Assembly (NCBI RefSeq): GCF_008000775.2
Contig: NZ_CP042905.2
Coordinates: 3,810,001 to 3,842,000, forward strand
Origin: Promethearchaeum syntrophicum
Lineage (GTDB): Archaea > Asgardarchaeota > Lokiarchaeia > Sigyniarchaeales > Promethearchaeaceae
Length of the DNA stretch: 32,000 nucleotides
Reading direction: 5' to 3'
Shown: piece after piece, positions 8,104-16,777 of the stretch
Layout: each line of letters begins with the position of its first letter
Position numbering within the stretch: the first letter of the stretch is position 1
Translations under genes and position numbers: made by a program
The notes under the pieces: generated by a model
Seen by the model: only the letters and a program-made list of their open reading frames with translations
The model's database searches: none
What the model was told of the DNA's origin: nothing

Positions 8104-10671
8104 ATGGATAAATTAGATGATATTCATTTTAGACTGAAAAATCATGGAGATTTTGCAAGTCCCAATGTCGAGAAAAATTACCGACCTTCATTAGAACTTG
8201 AACCAATTCATCAAATTATTAAACTTAAATTTGATTTACCTAATAAAAAAGCTGAAGGGGTTGTTACTACAACTATTAAAGCTAATGGAATTGCACCAAA
8301 CCACATTAAATTTGATGCGATGGATTTAAATATTCTCTCTGTCAAAGGACCAAATAGATGGGATTATGATGGGAAATATATTGACTTATATTGGGAATTA
8401 CCTTTCACGAAAGGAGAGAAACGAGATGCCACTATTGAATACGAAATAGCTAATCCAATTACAGGTATGTATTTTAGTTATCCCGATGAAAAGTATCCAG
8501 ATCGACCAAAATATGCAGTAACTGATAATGAATCAATAAGGGCTCGATACTGGCTTCCTTGTGTTGACCACCTATCTATTCGTTGTGGGGTTGATTACTT
8601 CCTTACATCGAATAAAGAACATTTCATCTTAGCAAATGGAAAATTAGTTGAAGAAAGAGATAATGGAAATGGAACAAAAACGGCTCATTGGAATCAAAGT
8701 TTTCCAAGCCCAAGTTATTTACTAACATTAGCCGTAGGAGAATTTATTGAATATAAAGACAATCCCGCTGATGCAGGAAAGGGTAAAATTCCCTTAGCTT
8801 ATTATACAACCCAAAATTTTAAAGTAGAAGATTTAAAGCGCGCCTTTGATAAAACGGGTAAATATTTAGCGTGGTTTAATAAAAAATTACAATGCCCTTT
8901 AGAATGGGACAAATACTACCAAATTGCAACGGCTCATCATGGAGGAGCAATGGAAAATATTAGTTTTGTTACTTGGGGCGATTTTGCAATAGTTAATGAA
9001 AAAGAATCTAAAGAATTTCAATATATTGTCGATCTAATTAACGTCCATGAAATGGCGCATAGCTGGTTTGGAGATATGATCGTTTGTAATGAGTTTAGTA
9101 CGGCTTATTTAAAAGAAAGCTTCGCTGTTTTTATGGAGTCGATTTATTTCAAGGAAAATGTAAATTATGACACTTATCTTTACGAACTCTATTTAAATGC
9201 AAATAAATATATGGAAGAATCCGATAACAAGTATGCTAGACCTATTGTAACTAACAAATATGACAGTTCTTGGGATATGTATGATATGCATCTTTATCCT
9301 GGAGGAGCATGGCGTATTCATATGTTACGAAATATCGTGGGAGAAAATGTCTTTTGGGAAGCAGTCACAGACTATTTGAATACCTATAAAGGAAAAACTG
9401 TTGAAACACTCGATTTCCAGAGAAAACTGGAGGAACATTCTGGTTTAAGTTTAGAAGCTTTCTTTGAACAATGGTTTTACAGCCCCGGCTATCCGAAATT
9501 GAAAGTTTCCTTTTCATATAATGACAAAACTCATCTCGGGTCCCTAAAGGTAGAACAAACTCAAGAAGATAAGAAGAAGAAAATTGGAATTTTTAAGTTT
9601 CCATTAGATGTAAAATATGAAATTGATGGAAGAATAATTACTCAGACATTTCAGATAAACGAAAAAGAGCAAACACTATTTATACGTTGTGATAAAAAAC
9701 CCAAACAAATTGTTCTTGATCCAAATTTTATAACTCTCTTCTCTTTGGAATTTAATCCAGGATCCGATATGTTAATTCACCAGCTTCGATCAGATGCAAA
9801 TAATATTATTGATCGAATTCGAGCTGCAGGTGAGTTAGCGAAAGAAGGTAAAATGAGCAATTTGAAAGCTATTGAAGAAGCGTATAACAAGACCGATTTC
9901 TGGGGAATAAAGAATCAGTATGCAAAAATCCTTGCAAAATCACCTAATTTCGAAGGAATTAAGATTATAATTAGAATTTTAGAAACTGAAACAGATCCAA
10001 TGGTTTTAAAAGAATTAATTGGATCTTTAATGAATTCTCGCTATGAAATCGTGTTTGAAGCTATGAAAAAATATCTCCAACGTGAAGATAAGCTATATTG
10101 GGCAACGTATCGAGCATTATTAGTAATGGGATCGCAGCGAAATGAAAAAGCTTTTGAGTTCTTAAACAGTTATCAAATAGATGAGGATTTTAAATTCATC
10201 ATACAAAAGGGATTAAATACTGCAATTGGAAAAACTCGCTCAGAAAAAGCCATTGATTATTTATTAGAGCGTTTACCATATGGAAAAGAACCAGAATATG
10301 TAAGAACCTCAACTATCAGTGCATTAGGAGAAGTTACGCAATGGTCAGAGAAATATATAAAAGAAAAAGTTATGAATCAGTTAACAGATTTACTAAAAAC
10401 TGAAAAAAATGAGAATGTAATTCAAACAATTAGTCGAACTTTAAGTGGGTTTAAAGATGCTCAAGTCATTTCTTCAATCGAAAATGCAAAATTTAAGATG
10501 GCCACTCAAGATCATCCTTCTGTAGATCGTCGCATCAAGTCGATAACTAAGGGAAAAACTGCTGAGAAAGAAAAAGCTCAACTTCAAACAGATTTAGATG
10601 AAATAAAAAAGAAAATGAAAAAATTATTTGCCAAAGTTGAAGTTTTAGAAGCAAATTCTAAAAAGTATTGA
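8104..10671 (+). CDS. M1-family zinc aminopeptidase with C-terminal helical (HEAT-like) region
   Basis: GGAMEN substrate motif, then HEMAHSWFGDMIVCNEFSTAYLKESFAVFME (HExxH-18-E). ATG at 8104 follows the upstream TTG used by the ORF track at 8083. Confidence 0.93.
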   Translation: MDKLDDIHFRLKNHGDFASPNVEKNYRPSLELEPIHQIIKLKFDLPNKKAEGVVTTTIKANGIAPNHIKFDAMDLNILSVKGPNRWDYDGKYIDLYWELPFTKGEKRDATIEYEIANPITGMYFSYPDEKYPDRPKYAVTDNESIRARYWLPCVDHLSIRCGVDYFLTSNKEHFILANGKLVEERDNGNGTKTAHWNQSFPSPSYLLTLAVGEFIEYKDNPADAGKGKIPLAYYTTQNFKVEDLKRAFDKTGKYLAWFNKKLQCPLEWDKYYQIATAHHGGAMENISFVTWGDFAIVNEKESKEFQYIVDLINVHEMAHSWFGDMIVCNEFSTAYLKESFAVFMESIYFKENVNYDTYLYELYLNANKYMEESDNKYARPIVTNKYDSSWDMYDMHLYPGGAWRIHMLRNIVGENVFWEAVTDYLNTYKGKTVETLDFQRKLEEHSGLSLEAFFEQWFYSPGYPKLKVSFSYNDKTHLGSLKVEQTQEDKKKKIGIFKFPLDVKYEIDGRIITQTFQINEKEQTLFIRCDKKPKQIVLDPNFITLFSLEFNPGSDMLIHQLRSDANNIIDRIRAAGELAKEGKMSNLKAIEEAYNKTDFWGIKNQYAKILAKSPNFEGIKIIIRILETETDPMVLKELIGSLMNSRYEIVFEAMKKYLQREDKLYWATYRALLVMGSQRNEKAFEFLNSYQIDEDFKFIIQKGLNTAIGKTRSEKAIDYLLERLPYGKEPEYVRTSTISALGEVTQWSEKYIKEKVMNQLTDLLKTEKNENVIQTISRTLSGFKDAQVISSIENAKFKMATQDHPSVDRRIKSITKGKTAEKEKAQLQTDLDEIKKKMKKLFAKVEVLEANSKKY

Positions 10672-10702
10672 ATGCATTTCTATTTTATTTCATTTTTTTT
10701 CT

Positions 10703-11308
10703 TTACCGTGAAAGGTATGAACTTGCAGCTATATGTGCCAAGCGTAGTGGCTCAGGAATTGCAGAATATTCAGACAAGAACTTTAAAAGTTCAACAATTT
10801 CCTTCTTGGTGATACCAATTGCGTGAAAAAATATTTCCCTTGTAATTTTAGGATCTTGATTTATACTTACAATTAATGAGTCAATTTTTGGCAATTTTTT
10901 CAATATTTCTATTTGTTCATCACGTTCGGGAAAAACCTGACTGTAAATTTCACTAATTATAGTTTTAGGTTTCTTTCCAGGCAATAATAAAATCGGAATT
11001 TTAGTTTTTTCATATATTTCAAAGGGATTTGGGGGATTAAACCCTCCTAAAGTAGGTGAATCAATCATAATTAAGCGTATTTCATTCCTATAAGGATTCT
11101 TTTTAAATAAGCGAATAACTTCATTGGTTGAATCTGTTCCATCAATTTCAATTTTTCCATAAGAAAGGTGAAGGAGTTGAATTCCTCGAGTTGTAACCCC
11201 TACTAAAGGAGTTGTGGGGATAAAATCAGTTTTTTTAATATATTTTGCCAAATCTTCTTTTGAGTGTTGACCATCATCAAAAGCCATAATAGAAATTTTT
11301 TTTTTCAC
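10703..11308 (-). CDS. DUF99 (UPF0215) family protein
   Basis: 201 aa. Pattern: MAFDDGQ...TPLVGVTTRG...IDGTDSTNEVIRLF...LIMIDSPTLGGFNPPNPFEIYEKTKIPILLLPGKKP, ending IPEPLRLAHIAASSYLSR. Confidence 0.75.
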   Translation of the reverse strand: MKKKISIMAFDDGQHSKEDLAKYIKKTDFIPTTPLVGVTTRGIQLLHLSYGKIEIDGTDSTNEVIRLFKKNPYRNEIRLIMIDSPTLGGFNPPNPFEIYEKTKIPILLLPGKKPKTIISEIYSQVFPERDEQIEILKKLPKIDSLIVSINQDPKITREIFFHAIGITKKEIVELLKFLSEYSAIPEPLRLAHIAASSYLSR

Positions 11309-11748
11309 GAAGAAAATATAGTTAAAAGATGGCTTTTAATCTTTAGTAGAAGATGTGTAAAAGCTTTGATTGCACCTAATTTTTCTATTTTAAAATCGTT
11401 TAAATCATAGTTTTTCAGGGTTTCAATTAGAACTTCAGCCATTGATTCCAAAGACCACCCAATACAATACGTATATCCAATTAATGCTTCAGTTGTATCT
11501 GCTAATCCATGTGCGTCAGATCGAGTTTTTGCAAATTTTTTCATATCGGATTGTTTTAAAGCAGCAGATAAAATTAATCTGCTAACCTTTCTCTGATCAA
11601 GTTTTCCTAAAACTACCGATTTAGCAAGAGAATAAATAAAATTCGTAACAGTATCCCCAAATTTAGCAAGATCTTTATCTATGCCAATTTCTTTTATACT
11701 TTTTTTATTTTGAACAATATTTTGAAGTGACGAAGGAATATCATCCAT
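11305..11748 (-). CDS. Archaeal RNase III-like (dimeric alpha-helical) family protein
   Basis: 147 aa: KFGDTVTNFIYSLAKSVVLGKLDQRKVSRLILSAALKQSDM...DAHGLADTTEALIGYTYCIGWSLESMAEVL. Stop overlaps the DUF99 start by 4 nt (11305..11308). Confidence 0.6.
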   Translation of the reverse strand: MDDIPSSLQNIVQNKKSIKEIGIDKDLAKFGDTVTNFIYSLAKSVVLGKLDQRKVSRLILSAALKQSDMKKFAKTRSDAHGLADTTEALIGYTYCIGWSLESMAEVLIETLKNYDLNDFKIEKLGAIKAFTHLLLKIKSHLLTIFSS

Positions 11749-11784
11749 AGAATTACCCTTTTAAAAAGAAATGATTACAAAAAA

Positions 11785-12273
11785 TTAAGATTTGATTTGG
11801 GAAACAGCGTTGCCCATACCTTTCCAATCAATACGCATTAATTTTAAAGCTTCTTTTAGAATATTTTTAATTTCTTTTGAACCATCTGTGCGAACGTACA
11901 TAACAGGAGGTTCAAGACTAGTATTTTTATAAGCAGCAAATTCGACACCTTTGCATTTAAGGACTTTAGTTATAAGATAGTTCATAAATCCATGAGACTG
12001 ATGGATTACGTGAACGTAAAACTCCGTTCCATTTTCCTCTTGCTCAACAGATATTTTCAAATATTTAAAATCTCTTTGGGGCTCAATTAATTCTTGAGAT
12101 AAACGTTCTGCTAGATCTTCTGAAGAAGTATCATCTGAAGTAGGTGAACTTGTGCTAATTAAAGATGCATTAGCTTTTTGTTCTTCTTTACGAAGATCTT
12201 CTAATCCTTCTTTGTTGTCAAATTCTCCAAAAACTTCACTGTCTAAATCATTTTCAGTTTTCTTCTTTCCCAT
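11785..12273 (-). CDS. rpoL: DNA-directed RNA polymerase subunit L (Rpo11/RpoL) with N-terminal acidic/Ser-rich extension
   Basis: C-terminal ~90 aa match Rpo11: KYLKISVEQEENGTEFYVHVIHQSHGFMNYLITKVLKCKGVEFAAYKNTSLEPPVMYVRTDGSKEIKNILKEALKLM. Likely start MGKKKTENDLDSE at 12273; the ORF track starts at 12297. Confidence 0.78.
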   Translation of the reverse strand: MGKKKTENDLDSEVFGEFDNKEGLEDLRKEEQKANASLISTSSPTSDDTSSEDLAERLSQELIEPQRDFKYLKISVEQEENGTEFYVHVIHQSHGFMNYLITKVLKCKGVEFAAYKNTSLEPPVMYVRTDGSKEIKNILKEALKLMRIDWKGMGNAVSQIKS

Positions 12274-12311
12274 AATGTTTTCAACCTTCCATCTCAAAAA
12301 AATTTTACTTT

Positions 12312-12536
12312 TTACATTTCTAGTTCTTCGATATAAGCCCTCATTTGATGTTCAAAAAGATTAATTTTATCCTTTGGGCCGGTAACATTTAAATTTAAAC
12401 CTGAATCGTGTGTATAGCTAATTCTTATTTGAAGCCCTGAACTTTTACTTTTTTTTTGTGCAAAATGAATATAATTTTCTATATTACTAACTGAATTGGG
12501 TTTAAAAAAAAGTGATTTTTTTCCTGATTTTGCCAT
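12312..12536 (-). CDS. Small conserved-context protein of unknown function (74 aa)
   Basis: Co-directional between rpoL and csl4 with short spacers: MAKSGKKSLFFKPNSVSNIENYIHFAQKKSKSSGLQIRISYTHDSGLNLNVTGPKDKINLFEHQMRAYIEELEM. The opposite-strand ORFs there show no recognisable domain. Confidence 0.55.
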   Translation of the reverse strand: MAKSGKKSLFFKPNSVSNIENYIHFAQKKSKSSGLQIRISYTHDSGLNLNVTGPKDKINLFEHQMRAYIEELEM

Positions 12537-12584
12537 TTCATCTATCTCATTTTCTGAAAATTTTATTTGAGGTGATACTTTTCT

Positions 12585-13178
12585 CTAAAAACGAAGTAAA
12601 ATCTCAACTTCACCATAATCTGAAGCAATTTTTTTCCTTTCTGAGTGATTGCAAAAAAGACATTTTACTTGATCGCGACCTTTACGTTCCATTTTATGAC
12701 CGCAGTATTTACAATTTGAAAGGATAACACCTAAATTCGTTGAATTTGTTGCAACTTTCCACTCTTTTCCAAACTTTGATAAAACTCTCGCACGAACTAA
12801 ATCAGTTTTTTGAAATACATTATCTAATTTATCAACATAACTTTTAGAAACACTAGAAACGTGAATATTTGCAAAGGTTCCATTTCTAACAATAACCTTA
12901 CCATTGAGAGAAATCATCCGAACTCCAACTGAATTCTTTCTGATCATTGAAACTTCGCCAATAATTAAATCTCCTTGCTTTGGAATTATCCTCTTTTCTT
13001 CATTGTGGGCATTAATATGTATTAATCGTTCTTGTTCATTAATATCTAAAATACCGTTAATTGCGGCATAAATATTGCCATTTTCTGAATATGTTGAGTC
13101 TTGTGAACCTAAAAATTGCTCTTCAAAACCTAATTCATCACCAATTTTTACAATATCACCTGATTTTGGGATTGCCAT
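12585..13178 (-). CDS. csl4: Exosome complex RNA-binding protein Csl4
   Basis: 197 aa. N-terminal PKSGDIVKIGDELGFEEQFLGSQDSTYSENGNIYAAINGIL, central S1 region GDLIIGEVSMIRKNSVGVRMISLNG, C-terminal zinc ribbon CKYCGHKMERKGRDQVKCLFCNHSERK. Confidence 0.9.
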   Translation of the reverse strand: MAIPKSGDIVKIGDELGFEEQFLGSQDSTYSENGNIYAAINGILDINEQERLIHINAHNEEKRIIPKQGDLIIGEVSMIRKNSVGVRMISLNGKVIVRNGTFANIHVSSVSKSYVDKLDNVFQKTDLVRARVLSKFGKEWKVATNSTNLGVILSNCKYCGHKMERKGRDQVKCLFCNHSERKKIASDYGEVEILLRF

Positions 13179-13241
13179 ACATTTTTCATCTGCATCTGTT
13201 GCTAAATAATTAAATGTAGCAAACCTTTTAGATTTATATCA

Positions 13242-13937
13242 ATGAAACGAGCGATGAAAAAAAGCGAATTTATAAATTATATCCAAAGCCTAAAATCATT
13301 TCAAAACCCAAAAATTGCATATGAACAATATCAAACCGATGCAATTGCAACAGCGGATTTATTTTTCCACATGGCCTTTGAGTTAAATGATTTGTCAGAA
13401 AATCTAATCGTGGATTTGGGGGCAGGAACAGGAAATTTTACAATTGCAGCTATTTTATTAGGATGTTCAAAAGTAATTGCAGTAGATTTGGATACAAAAG
13501 CATTATCTATTTTAAAAGAAAACGCATCGGAATTCAATATTTATAATAAAATTCATATAATTCATGCAGATTTGCGAGAAAAAGATATTACTTATGAAAT
13601 TGAAAATTTTAAAAACGAAAATTTTGATGAAAACAGTAAAATTGTTGTGGTTTCAAATCCACCATTTGGTGTTCATAATAAGGGAGCAGATATTATTTTT
13701 CTTTCTCAAGCTTTTAAATTTGCAGATATCATTTATTCTATCCATAACTCGGATGAAAAAACACGCGCATATCTAGCTAAAAAAATTGCAAAATTTGGCG
13801 GAATTGTTTCAGAACGAGCAACCCTCTATTTAATGCTTAAAAAAACCTATAAATTCCACTCTAAAAAAGTTAAACGAATAAAAACAGATGTTTATCGAAT
13901 AGTAAATAAAAAAAAAGGTATACATTCTCAAAAATAA
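13242..13937 (+). CDS. METTL5-like / archaeal N6-adenine RNA methyltransferase-type protein
   Basis: 231 aa. LEQYQTDAIATAD-like N-terminus (YEQYQTDAIATADLFFHMAF), SAM motif VDLGAGTGNFTIAAILLG, catalytic VVSNPPFGVHNKGADIIFLSQAF. Confidence 0.85.
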   Translation: MKRAMKKSEFINYIQSLKSFQNPKIAYEQYQTDAIATADLFFHMAFELNDLSENLIVDLGAGTGNFTIAAILLGCSKVIAVDLDTKALSILKENASEFNIYNKIHIIHADLREKDITYEIENFKNENFDENSKIVVVSNPPFGVHNKGADIIFLSQAFKFADIIYSIHNSDEKTRAYLAKKIAKFGGIVSERATLYLMLKKTYKFHSKKVKRIKTDVYRIVNKKKGIHSQK

Positions 13938-14046
13938 CTGCATTTTTTACTTGTAAAAAGCGAGAATAATAATTAATAAAAAATTGAAGAATAATCACTC
14001 AAATTAGTTTGAAAAATTTGCATAAGTTTAAAACCCTTACAAGTGA

Positions 14047-14706
14047 ATGGCTCCTATGGGTAGGGAAATTGTAATTATTAACGGATCTCCGCGGAAAGCG
14101 GGTTTAACTAATGCGCTAATAGAACTTTTTATTACTAAAATAAATAAATTGTCGACGCAAGGCGACCAACAACCAGATGCACATAAAATCGAATGTAAAA
14201 AAAAATAATTAAGTGAATACCATATTAATCATTGTATTGCATGTGATGCATGTCTACGAAAGCCACACGAGTGTCCTCAGTCAAAACATGATGATATGAC
14301 CAAATTAGATGCGATTCTGACACAAGCAGATGGGATTGTCATGTGTAGCCCTTCCTATTTCGCAAATGTGACGGGACTTATGAAAGATCTGATCGACCGC
14401 ACTCGTCCGCTAAAGATGGCAAAATACCGTCTGAAAAACAAATACTTTTCTGTGATCGCTACTTGGGGATTGCGAGCAGGGGGGTTGAATACGGTACAGG
14501 AAGTGCTAAACCAGTTCGCATTAATCCATGGAATGGTTGTAGTTGGGGCGGTTGGTCATCCTTTATTAATGGCGAATCTTCCTACGGAAACTGGGCAAAT
14601 GGAACACTTAAAAGAATTTCGGAATCCAGCAGTAATTAGTGAGGTTGCCCAAATCAATGTGGAAAGTCTCGCCCAGAGATTTTGGGATTTAATGCAAGAA
14701 TATTAA
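14047..14706 (+). pseudogene. NADPH-dependent FMN reductase / flavodoxin-fold protein interrupted by one in-frame TAA (14206..14208)
   Basis: The same reading frame carries MAPMGREIVIINGSPRKAGLTNALIELFITKINKLS...HKIECKKK, then TAA, then LSEYHINHCIACDACLRKPHECPQSKHDDMTKLDAILTQADGIVMCSPSYFANVTGLMKDLIDRTRPLKM... and remains open to 14706. The FMN-phosphate loop (NGSPRKxGxTN) is upstream of the stop and the CxxCxxC and SPSYFANVTGLMKDLIDRT motifs are downstream. Confidence 0.78.
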
Positions 14707-14804
14707 ATTAAATAAAACAATTGGTTAATTTTCCTATGAAATAACGACTTAAATTAATGGTTAAAAAGCATATAATAATGAAAAAAAAATAAAAAATTGA
14801 TTTT

Positions 14805-16457
14805 TTAGCGTTTTCGCTTGAAAACGAATATAATTCCGATCCCTACACATAAAAGGATTAAACTTAAGCTGGGTCCGGGGATATTTAATGATACTTCGAT
14901 TAATACATCATAATATGCTCCGAAATAGCACCTATCATCTAAGGTAGGATCAATTAACAATCCTACATGAATTTGACCTTCATATGCCCCAGGATAATGC
15001 ATTTCCCAACTCTTATTCACGCTTGCATCAGCAGCCAAATTTCCGATCGTTTGATTTTGACCTCCATTGTTCACATATTCTGGTCCACCATCACTTTTTA
15101 TACCTGATTCTATCTCAAAATTGTATGTATCTGGACCGAGATTTTTCATCTCCATACTAACTATGACATTATCCGGGTATGTAGTGTTAAATGCAGATAA
15201 TGCTAATGTATATTCAACTTCATGACCCCATTCCCCATTTATCGTTTGCAATATTTCCATTCTTCCTCTATAACTTGTTAGTAACAGTACATCATCCGTT
15301 ACCGGATTCACGCAAATTTCATGGTTACCTTCTCCTTGGGTATATACCGAATAGGAAAAGTCGGTAAGAGTCTCGGAAACCCAACCACCCGAGCGATTAG
15401 TGGTATAAACTATCTGTTGAATTTCATTCTCTGTAACAACGCTGAAAACTAAAACGTTATCGTTAGCATCTAAAGCCATTTCTGGGTAATTTGAAACAGG
15501 TCCGATTTTATATGCATCCGAACCATCGGTCGTGGCATTTATTACATCATAATATAACCCAGAATTTTCTTCGTCCCAAGAGCCATTTTCCAGCTGATAA
15601 ATTTGGTTGTAAATAAAGTGAATTGTATCGGTAGAATCGATTTTTATATTTGGTGATTCGCACTTCGAACCATAAATTGGGGATTTCTCCGCAATGCACC
15701 GAGGAGAAGATTCAATCCCACTGGGCGAGATTGTTACATAATATATTGAATTATTGACCTGGAATACAATGTGGGCCAAACCCGTCGAGTCAACAGCCAT
15801 TTTAGGGAAGAATACATAATGAAGAGGGTGTGATTCCTCGTAGCTAATAATATGTCGGGTATAGTTAACGGATTCCGAATCTTCCTCATCAGCAAATTCA
15901 GCAAGGGTAAGATTAGTATATACTAACCCATCATCATCATAACTGATCATATAGATCATTGAACCTGATGGGTTTCCCGTGATTCCAAATGAGAGTTGAC
16001 TTCCTCCGACCCCTTTCTGGTACCAAGATCCATCAGCAGTTTTATTTGTAATATAATTAACAAAAGTTGCTCCATGGGAGTAAATGTGCACATCCCCTTC
16101 ATTATCTACATAAATATCATTGGCTTGAAAGTTGACATATGTAGGATCGATTAATAATTCAGGTTCTGACCAACTTCCCGTAGCATTATCAATATAGTAA
16201 ACATTATGTCCTTCTTCCCAAGTACCGCTATACACAATTGATACAGTTCCTGTTGGACCAATAGCCATATCTCCTTCAAGAGTAAAATCATCCAAATACT
16301 CCCAATAGGGTACTATAGCCGTTTTTGGTCCCACTATTAGTGTTTCTGTTGGGTATCCGTAGCCATTTACCTGATTAATTGCTAAATTGCTTCCTATCAA
16401 AAATACGAAGATCCCCAGCAGAAAAATTCTTTGCTTTGTATGTTTCATAAAATTCAC
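14805..16457 (-). CDS. Large secreted/surface protein, probable beta-propeller-like repeat ectodomain, with C-terminal anchoring signal
   Basis: 550 aa. Signal peptide (RIFLLGIFVFLIGSNLAI). Repeated blade-like segments such as GNPSGSMIYMISYDDDG, DSTGLAHIVFQVNNSIYYVTIS, DSTDTIHFIYNQ, DANDNVLVFSVVTENEIQQIVYTT, NPVTDDVLLLTSYRG. C-terminus NIPGPSLSLILLCVGIGIIFVFKRKR. Confidence 0.72.
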   Translation of the reverse strand: MNFMKHTKQRIFLLGIFVFLIGSNLAINQVNGYGYPTETLIVGPKTAIVPYWEYLDDFTLEGDMAIGPTGTVSIVYSGTWEEGHNVYYIDNATGSWSEPELLIDPTYVNFQANDIYVDNEGDVHIYSHGATFVNYITNKTADGSWYQKGVGGSQLSFGITGNPSGSMIYMISYDDDGLVYTNLTLAEFADEEDSESVNYTRHIISYEESHPLHYVFFPKMAVDSTGLAHIVFQVNNSIYYVTISPSGIESSPRCIAEKSPIYGSKCESPNIKIDSTDTIHFIYNQIYQLENGSWDEENSGLYYDVINATTDGSDAYKIGPVSNYPEMALDANDNVLVFSVVTENEIQQIVYTTNRSGGWVSETLTDFSYSVYTQGEGNHEICVNPVTDDVLLLTSYRGRMEILQTINGEWGHEVEYTLALSAFNTTYPDNVIVSMEMKNLGPDTYNFEIESGIKSDGGPEYVNNGGQNQTIGNLAADASVNKSWEMHYPGAYEGQIHVGLLIDPTLDDRCYFGAYYDVLIEVSLNIPGPSLSLILLCVGIGIIFVFKRKR

Positions 16458-16777
16458 TTAGATAGAATTTAAGATATTAATCAAATTGCTGTCCTAAAAA
16501 AACTGTGGTGAATGATAGTAAGTAATTATTTTTTAATCCAACGAGTATCATCTTTTTCGTTTCTAACTCTTTTAAATGATAAATCCCTTTTGAATCAACT
16601 CAGCTTTAGATAACACAAACTTTCTTTACTCCTCAACTGTGAAAACTTTCCCTAATAGACTCTTAAGATTTAGATCATTTTATTCGGTCCCGATCCACCA
16701 TCACCATATTTTTTCATACTCATCGAAAATACAAAGATGTAGAATTACTTTTCTCAAAAATAAAAAAAAAATCGATT

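Noticed and set aside
12152-12727. Plus-strand ORFs 12152..12364 and 12512..12727 opposite rpoL and csl4
   Set aside because: Phe/Lys/Ser-rich shadow translations of the opposite strand; the minus-strand genes have recognisable domains.
14811-14830. Inverted repeat CGTTTTC-gctt-GAAAACG at the end of the 14805..16457 gene, a possible hairpin terminator
   Set aside because: It lies inside codons for the C-terminal FKRKR tail, which is constrained by the basic anchor, and archaea do not depend on hairpin terminators; likely coincidental.
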